A DNA stretch of 64,000 nucleotides from Nageia nagi (GCA_050084985.1 JBITNC010000001.1:104098001-104162000); one strand, 5' to 3'; positions 1 through 16,570 are shown, numbered from the stretch's first letter. Made by a program: numbers and translations. Notes: generated by a model not told the origin, from the sequence alone.

Positions 1-3000
1 TTGAATGTGTCCTTTCATAACATAATAATCTAAGGTCAAGAAAAGGAGATGGCTTCCATAAGGTATAAAACCTTGTGAGACCACAATTAAGATAAATTCT
101 AAATAGATGATGTGTAAATTGGTTTGTGAAAATTGGATGAATTAATGTATGTGTACACATGCATTAGGTCTAAAAAAGAAGATTGTCCTGATCCTCATGC
201 TCATAAATCTTTCTAATAGCTATGACCACTCACTAATGGAAACTTTGGTGGTACATGAAAGGAAGATTGTACAAGTAATATGAAGACCTATTCTCACTAT
301 AGAGCTCATGGTTCAAGAATTTTCAAATGATGTTTTTTGTTACTTAATATTATATGTACTAGGGAGATTAGTAGACAAAAATCTAACCAATGTTCCAAGC
401 GTTATGATTTTTATATTATCTAAATTCATTTGAAAACTATTAACTACATATACGGTTAGAGTTTATTTAAAGGTTCATAATATATCAAGTAATTTAAGTT
501 AAACAAAATCTAATTCTCCTTACTATACCTATGTATGGTTTGATGGTTTTATGGATCATCATACTAGACCTAGTTTCTCATATGCTAAAACTTTTATGTA
601 TACATAATATGAATGCAAAAGTTGAATTTCACTATATTTTGATGCATTAATGATTTATAAAAGATTCTTCTCAATTGATAAGGTATAGAATAACCATATG
701 TTTATTGATAGACTTGTGCATGAGTCTAAATGGTTTTAGATTTAAAGTATTCCAAGTGAGACCTAAGTTTTCCAATAAAAGGAAGAGATCTTGACAATAC
801 ATAATGAAACTTAGATGCAAAATAATCATAGAGAGGTAAAATTTTATAATAAGAACCAAACCTAATGCCGAAGATACCACTAGTCCAACTTAAGAAACAA
901 TCCATAGAACTTTAATACAAAGGCTATAGTCTTTAATTATATATGGGAACTAATTGGAAGATGTTAAGATTCTTGGTATTAAGTAAGAACAAAATGGAAA
1001 GGATTAGATAGTTTAGAATAGTATGGGAATTATTTTTAGATACCTGGTTAGAAGAGTTAGTTAAATTAGAATATTATGGGATACAAATATTAAAATTTCT
1101 TGATCAAAATGAAAATAAGTTTCAAACTAAAACTAGTGGTATTATATCCTTACAATGTGGTATTTATACTTTCTCAAGCTCAAATGTATGATAGAATAAG
1201 GTGAATTTTATATGGGTAATGAAGTTCAATATATCATTCGAATAAAACAAAAGAATGATCATGAGGAGTATTCACTCGCAACTGAAGACGAGAATACTTG
1301 GTGAACATACCCTTGTACTTACAAAGAAAGGATGAGTTTAAATAAAATTGATAAGGTAATAATATGTAATGCATGTAAGATATAAGTTTATTAATAGTGA
1401 ACCTTATGAAACAAATAGATCAATAAACTTGAAAAAATAAATTGATACTAAATTTAGAGCTTTAGATGGTGAAAGATGGATTTCATAACAGAATATCAAG
1501 GATAGGTAAGGGTATAATAGAGTTTTGGATGGAGATTGGTTGTCTTGAAATGGAAAGATATTTTCCTCAAAAGAGACATCTCATGAAGTGAAAATGGTCT
1601 TATAGTCTAAGTCATAAACTAGATATCCTTTTTGACCTTATGGGTAACCAACTAAGACATAGTGGAATGCTCGAGGGTCAAATTTGTTGCGATGGGGTTT
1701 GTTGTTATATGCATAGCATAAAAATTCAAACACTCATAAGTGGTTATAGGTGGATTTAACATTGAAAAGCATTTCATAAGAAGTTTTTCCTGAAAGATGT
1801 GACAGAGGTTGTTTGGTATAGTATTCCAAGTTGAGAGAAATATTATTGCATTATGTGAAAAAAACTCAGTTTAAAATTTTTGGACACGACAACGAAATTG
1901 AATATTAACCATATCAAAAAATAAATTGAGAAAATCATAAGCATCAGATTTAAATTTCATAAGATACACCCATGTGTGACGAGAATACTCATCTACAAGA
2001 GTCAAAAAATAATGTGCACCAGTGTGCGAGGCTGTTGGATATTCACCCCAATAAACTAAAGCAAAAGGAGTAGTACTTTGATTATTACTCAAAGTAAATG
2101 GAAGACGAGTTTGTTTATCTAAATGACACACATCACAAATAAAGTTCTTGCAATCTGAAGAAGTAGAAATATTGGGAATAAAAAATGATAAACTGGCTAA
2201 ACGATCATATGACGAATTTCTAAGTCTCTTGCGCCAAAACTCAGGAGAGTGTGCATGCTCGGTTGAAAAAACACTTAGATTATTGAAGGAAGTAAGCAAA
2301 AGATGATAGAGGCCATCACGCATCTCACCCACTCCAATCAGCTTCCTCGATACCAGATCCTAAAAACCAAAAAAAGCTAGGGAAGAAAATGCCAACACAA
2401 TTAAAGGATTTTGTTAGTTTACTTACTGAAAGTAAACTAAAATTGAACGAGGTAACACATAAGAAATTTTGCAAATGAAGATGGGGAGAAAGGGAGACTG
2501 ATCCTTTAAGTGAAATAGGCAGGGTTTGCCCTAGACAAGTTTAGCATGAGGTATATTTTTTATAGAGTTAAACATAGATAGACGTGGTGACATATGATAT
2601 GATGCCCCACTATCAATTAGCCAAGAAGAATGAGAGTTAGCAATATAATTGCATGTTATACCTGATAAGTTTGCTGAAGTTTAAGTACCATCAACATTCA
2701 AAATACTGAGAAGCTGTTTGTATTGTTCTGCTAAGAGAGGAGGAAACTATGTTGCAGATAGAAGTGTATTGGAAGAACTTGATCTATGTATTGCATTAAC
2801 ATGGGGATTTGTAGTGTTCTACTGTTGTTTGGAAGGTTGATTTGAAGGAGGTCCACCTTTGCCTTCATATCTATCACGAGGTTGAAATCCTGGAGGATAG
2901 CCATTGAGGAGACAACACGTTTGATGTGTATGGCCTAACACATTATTGTGATCGCAAAAGGATCTTCCCCTACCACGACCTTGACCATGGCCAGTAGGTG

Positions 3001-4031
3001 GGTTTCAATGACGTGCATTTTGTTAAGATGTAAGGGTTTTTCTGTCAGTCTGATAAGTAACACTTGAATGCATTTCACGTTGTTACTCATGTTATAACAG
3101 TAAGGAATATGTATGATTGATGTCCGGGAATGGGTTTATGGTGAGCAGCTGGGACCGGATATGAGAGAAACTATCAGTGAGTCACATAAAAAATGATATA
3201 CTCTATCAATTTGATGTGTAATAAAGACAGCCTTATGTGCACCAAAAGTACATGTCGTGTGCGTCCTACAAGTGCAATATAGAATCATAGTGTAGGATGC
3301 TAGTTCATCCCATAAAACTTCCAATCTAGCATAATATTCAACAAGGGACCGATTATCTTATTGAATTGTGGCAACGGACCGTTTGAGATGATAAATGTGT
3401 AGGTCATTAGTTTTTGAAAACCTATCTTCAAGTTCTTTCCAAACTCCTTTACAGTTTCAACATAAATGACACTATCCGCAAGAGTTTTGGTAAGAACATT
3501 CAAAATCCATGAGAGCACCATGAAATTACTTCGTTCCCATGCTTGAACATCAGCAGGAGGAGAAGTGGGTTTTGGAAAAGATCCATCGACAAAACCCATC
3601 TTATTTTTGGCATAAAGAGCTATTCTCATGGATCGTTTCCAAGTGGGATAGCTATCTCGTGTAAGTGGAGTTGAAACCAGAACCATACCAGGATTATCTG
3701 AATGATGAAGATAATATGGCAAGGAAGAATACACTGTGACTGGGGTGGATGTGGTTTGAGCAGACGATGAAACAAATGACATGTTGTGGATATGGAAAAA
3801 GAAAAAAAATAGAGAAGAATGCTCTGATACCATGAAAAGTTTCTGAGTTTTTGGATCCTCAATCTATTTATATGAATCCATATATATACAAAGTGTACAA
3901 TAGAGATCCCAAAATTAGTGGGATGTGAGAAAATATAATGAGAAAGGAGGAAATAATTTGGAGAAAATTAGATACTGTATAACTTACTATTGTAATTCAT
4001 ATATGATTGGAAGGTTAAGTAGGGTATTTCA
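1..4031 (-). mobile_element. Degenerate Ty1/Copia LTR retrotransposon (gag-PR-INT-RT-RNaseH remnants), probably running off the window start
   Basis: Gag motif PYYLHHSDNPG...W.RSMRIAL.AKNK.GFVDG (3300-3833), zinc-knuckle remnant near 2910-2960, protease WLIDSGASYHM (about 2590-2623), integrase CDVC...YFLTLVDEYSRHTWVYLMK (1871-2332), heavily decayed RT/RNaseH below about 1300. Many stops and frameshifts. The outer LTR edge (about 4031) is approximate. Confidence 0.88.
3820..3832 (-). promoter_or_regulatory. Primer binding site (tRNA-iMet) of the Copia element
   Basis: Minus strand reads ...CA|TGGTATCAGAGCA, directly after the LTR end and before gag. Confidence 0.9.
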
Positions 4032-4070
4032 ATCTGAATAAAACTTAAGAATTGAAGTATCAAATTAAAG

Positions 4071-5591
4071 TTATGTGTTTACTGTAGTGATGAAAAATCC
4101 CATCATCCTTGTCTTTAGATATGCCATGACACTCTTAACCAGTATCCTATCATCCTCGAGAAATTCCTTGTATACTTCAAGATAATATTTTTTCCTTCAC
4201 TCTGCCTCTTCCTTGCTCATCCTTCTCATATGTGGTACAACTCAATGCATTTGATTTGTGGAAAATTACAATATGCTTTGCCACTATATCAGAGTATCAA
4301 AGGGATTCAAATAGTTATCCGCTATCACCACTGGAATTGTTCCACTTCCTAGAATCTCCATAAACCTATACGAATTGGGCTATCTTCCAGCAAGTTCCAC
4401 CCCAACTGTAGAATTCATCAAATCGACATAATTGTAGCTATCATATATGGCTTCATCCTCAGTGCAGTTGGACTCCAGATTGGGTTTCTATTTTCTTAGA
4501 TAATTTTTAGTAGGATGTCTGCAAGAGAACGTTATTATGATGTCTTTGCCATTATGCATACTTGTGAGAAAGGGATGGCTTCTGAAAGGCCCTTCTACAT
4601 CATCATGCCCTAAATATCTGAGTCCCCTGAAGGTGAGGAAATACTTTTTGTCAAAGGGATTGAAGAGCTAAAAGTTTACTAGCCGCATTTGAGGTGGGAG
4701 GGTGAATCTGATTTGGAATTCGAGGCAATAGATTGTTTTGTGCATGTCGATAATCAGAAGAGAAGCCATTCCTATGCTATTCATAGGGTTTCTTGTGTGT
4801 GCCCATTTGTCATCAAAAGAGACAAGGACATGGTTAACTCCATTGTTCCAGTGAGGTAGAGTTGTGAGCGACTGAGGAGATGGACCATGCCATGGATAAG
4901 TGTCTACATATATGAAGAGTAGGCAGGCTTCATTTGGATACTTGGTGAACCATTTTGTTCCGTTTAGTACTTAAAAATGCCTACGTCATATTCCAAATAT
5001 GAATCTCCATCATAATAAAGAAATCGGACTCCAAAATCAACTTTAGTTTATAAAGAATGATCTTACCAGGTCGACAAAATATCTGGTTGATTATAAGCGA
5101 AGATCTTGATGTCATCCATGTCTTCACATCTTGAGTAATTGAAGCATACATACATTGAACACCATGGAACAATGCCGGATAATGGCAGACAGTATTTTCT
5201 ACGTAGCATGGGCCTTCTTGCTTAATTTGGCAGGGCTTTTGTATCACCTTTTCCTTCAGAAGTTTTGATGATGTATTGTTAGAGGTGGTAGAGGCATATA
5301 GAGATTGAGCTAGACATACAGTGCAGTCGTACGCCTTCGTATTCTCAATTGGGAAGCTCCCATTGCGTCATATATAATTTTTTTGAGTTGTGACCAAGTG
5401 CTAGAAAGAGGTCAATGCAAAATCACGCGTATCCCTAAGAATAAACAACGACAAACTCAAAATACAGAGAACCAGAAATAAGACTATTATGGAAGCAAGA
5501 AGAAAATATTTTTGAATGTGTATTTGGAGCCATTGAAGTCATAGGTATCTTTGTGAAAAGTTGAGGTATTGATCGGATTTCGAGTCATCAT
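4071..5591 (-). pseudogene. EXT-like exostosin/GT47 pseudogene, copy 1 (two exons, GT-AG intron 4981-5066)
   Basis: Colinear with copy 2 (KPCQIKQEGP, WFTKYPNEACL, HNGKDII, YRFMEILGSGTIPVVIADNY). Internal stops include TAA at 4971-4973 and TAG at 5401-5403, plus a frameshifting deletion near 5515. Terminal TAA at 4071-4073. Confidence 0.9.
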
Positions 5592-6090
5592 CACTAAATT
5601 TGATAGGTTAGTTACATGTTATCGTATAAATTATCCAAAATAATACTTTTCTAAAATCATACCTATGGGTGTGAATTACAACCCCCATCCTCAATTACAC
5701 TTGCACCACTAGTTAAGGGTTAGGTCACATATTTAATTATCTTATCAAACATGGTGAAGATGACTTGAAACTTTAGTTATAAAAATACAACAAGGTAAGG
5801 AAGAAGGTATAAAAAATTTAGAATGACTCAACTTTATTAAGTTGGATTTTAAGAGGCATAAAGTTAAAATGCACCACTACTAGATCCTCTCCCTATCAAT
5901 AATATATTTAAAATGATTACTTATAATTTACTTATGAACACAAAAATTTATAAAAGTTAATAATTTAATGCACAACAATTGATATTTTAATGCATAACTA
6001 CTAGAATAAATATATTATATGAATGAACAAATATATGATAATAATCCTCACAACCATGTGAACATGCTCAACTACTTGGTCCTCTCCCCT

Positions 6091-7512
<1,422 letters not shown>

Positions 7513-9019
7513 GCCCAATCTATGAACCATGAAAAAAAAGTGAAAGCAATTTACATTCATATATATAACAAGATGAATAAATATATTTTTTCATGTGAAT
7601 AAAGTCTTGGTTACGAAGGAGAAAACCATCATAACCATATGAAAAAAGGGAAACACAAGCATAATGTGTTGCATACCTCAAGTTGTAATTATAAAAATAA
7701 GAGGAACCAAGCTATAAATATATGATTTAGGTAAGGAAAGAATAGAAGGATTGGTTTATGTGTGTATGAAGAATATCTATAATAATTTAAAAAAAAATAG
7801 CTAATTTACAAACTCAAGAAATAGGAGAGGTAAATATATAGATAAGAAGATGCCATAGGTCTAGATGATAAATAGTCAAGAAGGTTGTAAACATAAGGAA
7901 AGGGTGGGATAAAAATCTATGTATCCCATAAGTCATACCCATATAAATGAGGAAGAAAACAATATTTAATTGTGGTAAGAACTTGCATATATGGTATATG
8001 TATACCTTAATTCCACATCATGAAGCAAAAGAGTGTGAAGTTATATGGAATAATCATTTCAATAAAATTTCAATGAAAATCAAACTAGAATTTAATAGTT
8101 TTAAAGGGGTTGTATATGTTGAGAAGAGTAATAAGTTTCATACATATTGATATGGGTATTTATATAATACAACTTGAACTATTATTATTAATAGGATGTA
8201 TCATATGTATAAAGTGAGACAATGGAGCTTGAATTATGTAGTAGTCATAATAATGCCCAATATAAGGGTTAATCATATATGAAAGAAATTAATGTACTAA
8301 ATAGTATAGTAGTTTTAGGAGATTATCAATAGGGACTTGATATTTGTTATCAACAGAAATAAAAAATAGAAATAGAAATATATTTTAATGTCCATGAGTG
8401 ATCATAAATGGGTCAATGGGACTCAATAGTAAAATCTAGTTAAAAGATGGAAAGTGATAGTGTTTAGAACCCGAGGGACTAAAAAAAGATAAAATATAAT
8501 AATAAAATAATATTATCAAGAGTGTCCTAAGCTATAGAGGGATCACTCGTAGAGGAAAGAAAATTGGTAATAAATAGTTATCATCCAAGATATGATTGGG
8601 TGGTGCCTATCTAATATGTGTGATGATATATGTGGGATGATATTTTAAGGACATCTCTTGATAGAGGGGTATAAAATATTAGATGAAAGAGTTGATCAAT
8701 TTAATGGTATGTTGGATCCCTATGGATCATTGTAAAGATATGGAAGGAGAGAGGAAAAATGAAGTGCCTCAACCAAGATGCAAGAACCAAAAGAATATCA
8801 CAAGAGCATAAATAATTATTCATAAAGAATAAGATTATCGATAAATTAAATATAAGATACACCTTGCCTAAATAGCAAGTGAAATATATAATTGCCATAT
8901 GATTAAAATAATGTTACCATTGGATTAAAACAACCTGATAAGTATGAAAACTAAGCACACTTACAATTGAACTTAAGATAATGTTAAACTAGATACCTAA
9001 CTAGGTAATAAAGTAAAAC

Positions 9020-9137
9020 ATACTCTAACACCCTCCCTTAAGTGAAACTAGGAGAAGTGTGAATAGCTAAGAAAATATGAGTCCAAGTACCTAGGCCTAA
9101 TAAGGTACTCATGTAAAAAATTGGCTACCATACAAAA
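9020..9137 (-). mobile_element. Copia-type 3' end (PPT plus LTR start) interrupted by the Gypsy insertion, probably continuing at about 25986-26700
   Basis: Minus strand TAAGGGAGGG|TGTTAGAG across 9040-9023 is a typical PPT-LTR junction. The sequence after 25986 looks like a Copia 3' UTR and pol end. Confidence 0.5.
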
Positions 9138-9871
9138 TGTAGACCTTAAATTCTGTAAAATATAAAAATACATAATAAATAAATTGCTCTATAATATAAG
9201 AAGAAATAGATAATGTACACTACATTAGATTACAAAAAATATACATGAAACACATGAACATGATATGAAATGTATATAAAATCCTCAATAATAAGTAACG
9301 ATGAATCTTCAAAGGATTGGGATCATATTCATGGTGAGCTTATGATAGCTCTTCATTTGTATGGATTAATGAATTCGACGACCAAAATATGGAACCCTTT
9401 ATCTAGAATACGCATTCCATTACAAACCTAAAATAAGTAAATTGTTGGTTATGTGAAATGTGCCTAATTATGTTGTAAAAAAAAAGATAAAAAGTTTAGA
9501 TATTAAAGTATAACAATTTCTCATGATAGAAAACCCTTTTGCTTGATGAAGATTACAGTTGAAAACCATCTATCAGAATTCTTATCATATCAAAGATTTT
9601 CAATCTGTAGAGGTCTACGTATTACACTCACTTATATAGCCTCCAAGGACATAAAAAGGAGTGAAGGTTGACCTCTAGCAGTAATATAAACTTTGTTATA
9701 TTCAAGATACTTTAAAATGTAGACCATGAGAAGTGATATAACATTTAATATAACACATGGTATTGCATTATAATATCAAATTTATTTGACATATGTAAGA
9801 TTGCATTAAGTCATTTAGGAAGTCTAAATATGATTTATTAAATAAAAAAAAATCATTTTTAGGTATCCACA
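9138..9871 (-). repeat. 3' LTR of the outer Gypsy element (about 730 bp, TG...CA)
   Basis: Plus strand reads TGTAGACC...TATCCACA and aligns along its length with 25256-25980. Confidence 0.82.
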
Positions 9872-12089
9872 TTTTGCTCCTATTTGGTGTATTGAAATTG
9901 CATAATCCAAAGAATTCTAGAAAAGAGAAAACAAATTTCAATAATAAAATTTACTTCCCTTTTTTGATTGATATGTTGAGTGTGATGTGTTATCTACTCC
10001 CTTTTGGTCTTAGATTTCCCCTTTCTCATGTTGCTTTAGGTAATCAAGCCAAAAATTGGAGTCTCTATATGGGGAGAGCATCTCTATGCAAGTCCTACTC
10101 TCCCAAAAAATACCTTTTTAAGAACAAGCAAACATAATACCCATAAATATCATATCTCATTACACAATAATTAATTGAAAGAGAAAGGATTAAATAAATA
10201 TGATATCCATTATGTCACTATGGTCAATGCAACTCATAATTCTATTTAACCATGACATGTAGACTACTATGATTGCAACTCATAGTCTATGAAGATTAAG
10301 CTGTTGAGGTCATTTTTAATACCCTAAGCTTGGAACAACCATGATTATCAAGCTGATGAGAACCTTTTTAATGACTCAAGGTTGGAATAACCTATAATTT
10401 ATAAAAGATTTTTCTCATGGATTGACCATAGCCTTGAAAGCACTAGTTAGTATAACATTGAACAATATCATTTCATTCTTATGAAGATACCAAATATTAA
10501 TTGGTCTTACTTATCAATATTGCACATATAATCACATTGAATTGGTTGATTTCATTGATTTTCAAAGTAAACCTATGTTGTTGATAGTGTTAATTTCATA
10601 AAATTTGGCAATGATATCTTTTACAATTTTTTTTCATCATTTCTATATCAGTGCATACTTATGAAATAATGATATTTTCATTCAAGTATTCAATAAATTA
10701 TATAATGTCCCATTTACAATGAATTCATAATAGCACATGTCATTAGCAATGTGGAAATAGTCATATCAACTCTGAAAATGTTAATGATATTCAATTGAAA
10801 ATAAAAAATGATTATATTACCTCATAAAATTAAAACATAGTATATCCATATTGTAGAATAATATTGCATAGGAGAAATAATTTAACCACTTTGTACCTTG
10901 TACGCATTTTGTTTGTACAAGAATCACACTCTCATGATATCAATTATTTTAATATTTTAGAATTATGATAACATAATCAAGATTTAAAAGAACCCATAAT
11001 TTCACTTTATTCATTCCATTTATTGCTTAAAAATGATTGAATTTTATTTCATAAAAAATAAGATACTCAATTAGCATTAAACCATAATTTTTCAAGTATT
11101 AAGAATCTCAATATGATGCATAAATTCAAAATTTAAATTTTTCATTTTTATTTAATCTAATTAGATTTTGATAAGTTAAAATCACTATGTGAATATCAAT
11201 TATATCCTAATTTATACATCCATGAGGGTCTAATAAAGTCAAAATTGAAATATCGCATTGGATTGACACTCTAATTTTGTAAAAATCATCCCATGAGTGA
11301 TGTCTATTTAGTATTAATAATCAATAAAAATTGAATAATATCAATTTAACCATTATTATATAATATTGACATTCAAACTTACCATGTTTATTATTTTGAA
11401 CCATTATGCATCAAATCAAACATCAATTTCACTTTTCACAAACTACTATAGCATGAATGCAACAAAATTAGCTTTTGAAAAATAAATTACAACGAATTAA
11501 AATGATTCCATGCATTTTTCCCATGAAATCCATCACTTTGCAAGCACTAGATTTAATATTTTAAAGGGTAGTCATTTAACTAGGGTTTAGTGTCAAAATC
11601 AAATAAAAAGGGGATTTTAAACATTGAATTTTATCATTTTGCCTTATCATTTTCTTTTCCTTGGACCCCTATTAGTATTGTGTCTTCCAATTTGACACCT
11701 ATTTTTGACCTCCTTTTCATTGATCTTCTCTAATTTTATTTCCCCTAGTTGATCAATTTTCTTGCTTATTTGACTAAGATGGAAGATGATGGGTGGTGTA
11801 ATTTTGAGAGGCCCATGATACGATGGATGGGGAATGTCATAAAGTATCTACATATCCTACCCCTTGAGCATGTAATGAGTGCAATTGTGGTTTTTATTTA
11901 GTATAATTTTTCTTTTCATTCATCCTTATTTAAAAATGATAGGGCTTCTTTATTCTATAAAGTTTCTTCATTTTTTACTTGCCCTCATCGAGGCCCATTT
12001 CATATTTCATATTAGAGCCTTTATTTATGCCATTTTACTTTGTAGGTTTTAGTTAAATTTTCTTATGAATTTTCATTTTAGATCCAAAG

Positions 12090-12900
12090 TTAATGACCTA
12101 GCTATGGCTGATCATATACAACATGACCTACCTCCTTTGACATAATTGGCAGAGGTGGAATGAGGATACCAACATATTTCACCTCCCCCTAGGTGAAATG
12201 ACAATCATCCTTTTGGATGTAAATAGGATATGGGGGATCCCAATTCAAGGATGGTTAGTGCATCATGTAGACTTTGGATTCGTGGCTAACATGGGAACAA
12301 GACCATGTTTAAGAACATAGATCTTCATATTTATCATAGGCATGCAAGTTTTCCACCCCTTCTTGGTATTTGATGCTATTGATTACCTCCATTATATGTA
12401 CTTATTAATATCTATAAAAGAGCAATTCATTCTTTCCTTTCTAGATGGTGTGGATTGTCCAGGATATGTATGTAAGGTGCACAAGGTATATGTGAGCTCC
12501 CATTGTATTAGCATAGCTTTATAGGGATTTACATAATTTTGTTTGTGTGGACAAATTCAACATTACAATTTCTCATTTTGTATTCTTGCAATTATGGGCA
12601 TATGAGAAAATAGTTGTGATTCAACCAATTGTGGTTCAAAGAAACAGGGAAGATCCCCCAAAAATTGCTTTGACTTACTAGGTATCCAGGTGGACATTAG
12701 AGGTGAGGAGGCATGAGATCAACAGATTGTAGTTAGAGTACTTAATATGGGTCTCCTCTATCAACTATATTTTGGAGGAGTATGGAAACTAGCTTGCATG
12801 AGCAAGACAACCATGCTTTGTCAAAACTAGGAGGAATCCTATAGAGCCTTCTTTACCATAAAGAGTATTAAGGTAGTTTGGTGTATAGCAAGATATTCTT
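12090..12900 (+). pseudogene. Plant Mobile Domain (PMD/MAIN-like, PF10536) remnant, antisense to gag
   Basis: From 12156 it translates as WNEDTNIFHLPLGEMTIILLDVNRIWGI, matching the PMD signature ERWxxETxTFHLPxGEMTITLxDV. There is a 1-nt deletion just before the W. Boundaries are approximate. Confidence 0.8.
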
Positions 12901-14699
12901 TCTACCCCTATTTATTATATCAAATAGATATTTGATAGGGAAACACAAATAGTATCTATGGATTAGTCCATGAAGAGGTTAGAAGAGAGGGTAGATATGC
13001 CTCCCCCAAATGAGCTATGGACCTTCATCCAATAGCTTATGGATAAGATAGAAAATAAGTACAATGATATTATAGTGATTAGGAGCAAATATGAGAAGGC
13101 CAAGACATTAATGGCCTCTCAAGGGATGTGTGTTAGTAATATATCAGGTGGGATGTCCTTTTGTTGATAGAGTACTATTACTAAGAGGAAACCTAGAGAC
13201 AAGCAGTATAGGTAATAGTGCTCACCACTAAATTATAGCATGAGATATGGATCCATCCTTTTGGTGATATATATATTATTCTTTTTGGCTCCACTTCATT
13301 TATACAATTTTGGATGTATATTTTAAATTTATGTTTTATGTTATGGATGAATGCTCTACTTGTTTAAGTTTTGTACTTTTATAATTTACAAATTGAACAT
13401 TGAAGTGCAAGTGTCAAAGTTGGTAACAATAAACCATTGATGTTATGTAACTCATATTTGGTAAAATAATAATGATCTCAATGACATGAATTCTTCTTTT
13501 CAACAAATTTATCCACAACAATGTATAAGCAATATGTAAAATTGGAGTTTAACTTTAAATGATCAAAATTCCAATATTGCAATAATGTATACACACGAGT
13601 TTTTTTGTTTAAAAACTTAAAACTTCATATCCACTCCTTAAAATACTTCAAAAGGATTCTAGAATAAATAATATACTATTAATTTTTATTTTGGTTTGGG
13701 AAATGCACATCATTAATGGCATACGAAAAGGTTGAATATTGTCAATGGTGTGGGTTTTAATGATTAAGGAGGAAAAATATATGAGGGACTTTTTCAAAAC
13801 TTATGCATAAAACTAGTAAGATGATGAACTATCCCTTAGACTATAAACCATACCTATTATTTCCAAGAAAATAACCTACCTATTATACACTATAAATTGA
13901 AAACTCTCAATTTTAAGCAATAACTTTACATTCTTAGTATGGTTTAGTAAACCATACACATTTAGTAGATGCAGATACCACGAAAGGTGGCTTTCTACTA
14001 CCAAATTAGTCTTATACATTATTAGCAACATTTATTTCATAAGCTTGTCCAACATGTTTTATATTTCTTATGCCATAGCCTTTGCATCTTTGTTTATAAT
14101 GTTCTCTACATCCATATCTATTAATGAAATAATAATTCGTGTAACTTGGCATACTTACTGAACCAATGAATCCCTTTGGTTATTGAGTTGTTTTTGGTAA
14201 TAGATTTATGAAAATATTCAATTGTCCATTATCAAGCTATATAGACCCATCATTTTCATTGAGTATGATCATCCATCTGAATTTCTTTCTTGTTAGTGAA
14301 ATCTTGAATCATATTCCTTAAGACCCTACAATTTCTTGTTAGTTACCTTGGTATCCTATGATAATTACAAAATTTCTCATACCTATAATTCTTACAAATA
14401 AAATTAGAAAAGTGATGTTGAACCATTGATAAAAATTTGATATGTTGTTCTTTTAACAATACATTAACAATACTATCAACAATATCAGTTATCATTGTAA
14501 AATTCCATTATGGTCTATTGTTTCTTCTATCAACATTAGTTATAGCAACTTTAGGTTTATTTTCAAATACCTAAGGTTTAGCTTGCTTTTGTTACATTTG
14601 ATATTTATCTACTTTATCATACACTTGAGACTTTTTAGCATGTATATTATAAAGTTTCTTTATGTAATCTTCCTTTTTAAATAAAATATATATCATTTT

Positions 14700-15300
14700 A
14701 GTTAATGTCAAATTACATCTAGAGATAAACAATAATTTCTACATAGGTAATAAACCATTTCCAAAAGTATCTTTTAAATCTGGTTTAAACACAGTAATCT
14801 TATTTGTAGTTTGTTTCCATATTTTTAGAAAGTTAGACAAAGATTGTTCAGGTAATTGCTTGATTCTACAAAAGTTTTTGAATTGAACCTTGTTTGCAAT
14901 ATTATATCTAATGTTTCTCAAAACTTAATGTATCAAACCTTCATATTTATCAATGCTATTTTCAAGAAGAGTAAAATACCATTTTGATGCATCATCTTTT
15001 AAACTACTTGAAAATAATTTTATAAACATATCTTTATCATAAATATATTCCATAGTTTCCTCTTGAAATTTTGTAATATGCATTATTGGATCTTACAAAC
15101 CATCAAATTTTGTAAATTTTACACTTTCTTACCAACAAGCAATTTAGAAACTATTCTATCATTCAATGGATGTTTTAAACAAAATAAGAAATTATCTTCA
15201 TCATCATTAATCAATTTTTCTAATTTCTCAATTCTTTCATCCATTGACTTTTTATTATTTGATATTGCAAGAGTTTGCTTTGGTTTTTGAATTTAAACTA
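14700..15300 (-). pseudogene. Gypsy gag (Retrotrans_gag) remnant of the outer element
   Basis: Minus strand MFIKLFSSSLKDDASKWYFTLLENSIDKYEGL*...IKQLPEQSLSNFLKIW. Confidence 0.8.
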
Positions 15301-16334
15301 TAGTTATATTATCTTTTGGGGGTAATGGAGGGGTTTGTGGTGGTATAGTGTAAATTTGAGTAGGATTTTTATTTGATTTTTCCTTTCATATTTCAAGTTC
15401 CTTTAGTTGTAGAAATAACCCAATCCTATATAGTTTTTTCATGTTCAATTTTATCAACCAATTTTAGCATAAATTATAGTTGTTGCTCCTCATTATCCCT
15501 TTGAAAATAATCATCTTCTTGAGCATCAAAAATAGCATCAAGTTTTATTTCATGTTCATCTTTTTACCAACCAAAATTATGCTTGTAAGCATTATTAATA
15601 ATAGTAGAGATTTGTTTAGCAATAACTACTACAACTTCATCATTAGGGAAAGTGTAAGAATATGGTCCATTTGAAGGGAACATTTCAAAATTAGATAAAA
15701 AGTGCCCTAAAATAAAATTTTGTTACATAAAATGAAATTTTGGTCTTTAAAAACCAAAATTTTGTTCTTAGCTTGGTCCCAAAACCCAAAAAATAAAACT
15801 TTAATTTTTAAAGATCAAAACTGAAATGATATTTTGTTATATTTATTGTTAAAATAAAATTTCATTTCATTTAATTTCATTGTAACATTAAAAATAATGA
15901 AATTTCATTTAAAAAAAAATATTATTATTTGAATTTAGGTGCATTTTTAGGTTTGGGAAAGGCTTGGTGGACCAAGTCTTAGCCTTGGACCTACAACTTC
16001 TTGTTCATGGCAATGAGAGTGATAAATCATGCTTCTAATGGATGTTTGATCAAGTTTTCTAAGAATTGTTTTCATAAAATTAAAACCCATTTAAGATAAA
16101 AGAGTGTAGACTATAAATATATGTAACACATCCACTTATTACCATCAACTAAAACCCTAAATTTCAAACCTAATTTTTTATTTAGTTTAGCATTTGATAT
16201 TATAGGAATTGTTGATTAAGATTGTGTAATATATGTGCCGTGGACAATCTTAACCTAAGTAAATCAAGAACAGACTATAGTGACAGTCTGATCTCCGGAG
16301 AAGGTTGGTTCCTTATCAATTGGGCATAGAGAAA

Positions 16335-16570
16335 GTAACAGGAAAGGAAATAAAAGAGTAGAGTGCGAGGAATTCAAGCAAAAGGGTTAGGGTAATAGGA
16401 AAGAAATAAAAAGAGTAGAGTGCGAGGGATTTAAGAAAAAGGCTAGGGTAATAGGAAAGAAATAAAAGGAATAGAGTGCGAGGGATTTAAGCAAAAGGCT
16501 AGGCTAACAGAAAAGAAATAAAAGGAGTAGAGTGCAAGGAATTTAAGCAAAAGGCTTAGGGTAACAAGAG
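16335..16570. repeat. Tandem repeat of about 57 bp, 4 copies, in the presumed 3' LTR
   Basis: Unit approximates gggtaataggaaagaaataaaaggagtagagtgcgagggatttaagcaaaaggcta. Confidence 0.9.

Noticed and set aside
7550-8900. Possible decayed retroelement pol on the plus strand
   Set aside because: Too degenerate to assign a family or boundaries from motifs by eye.
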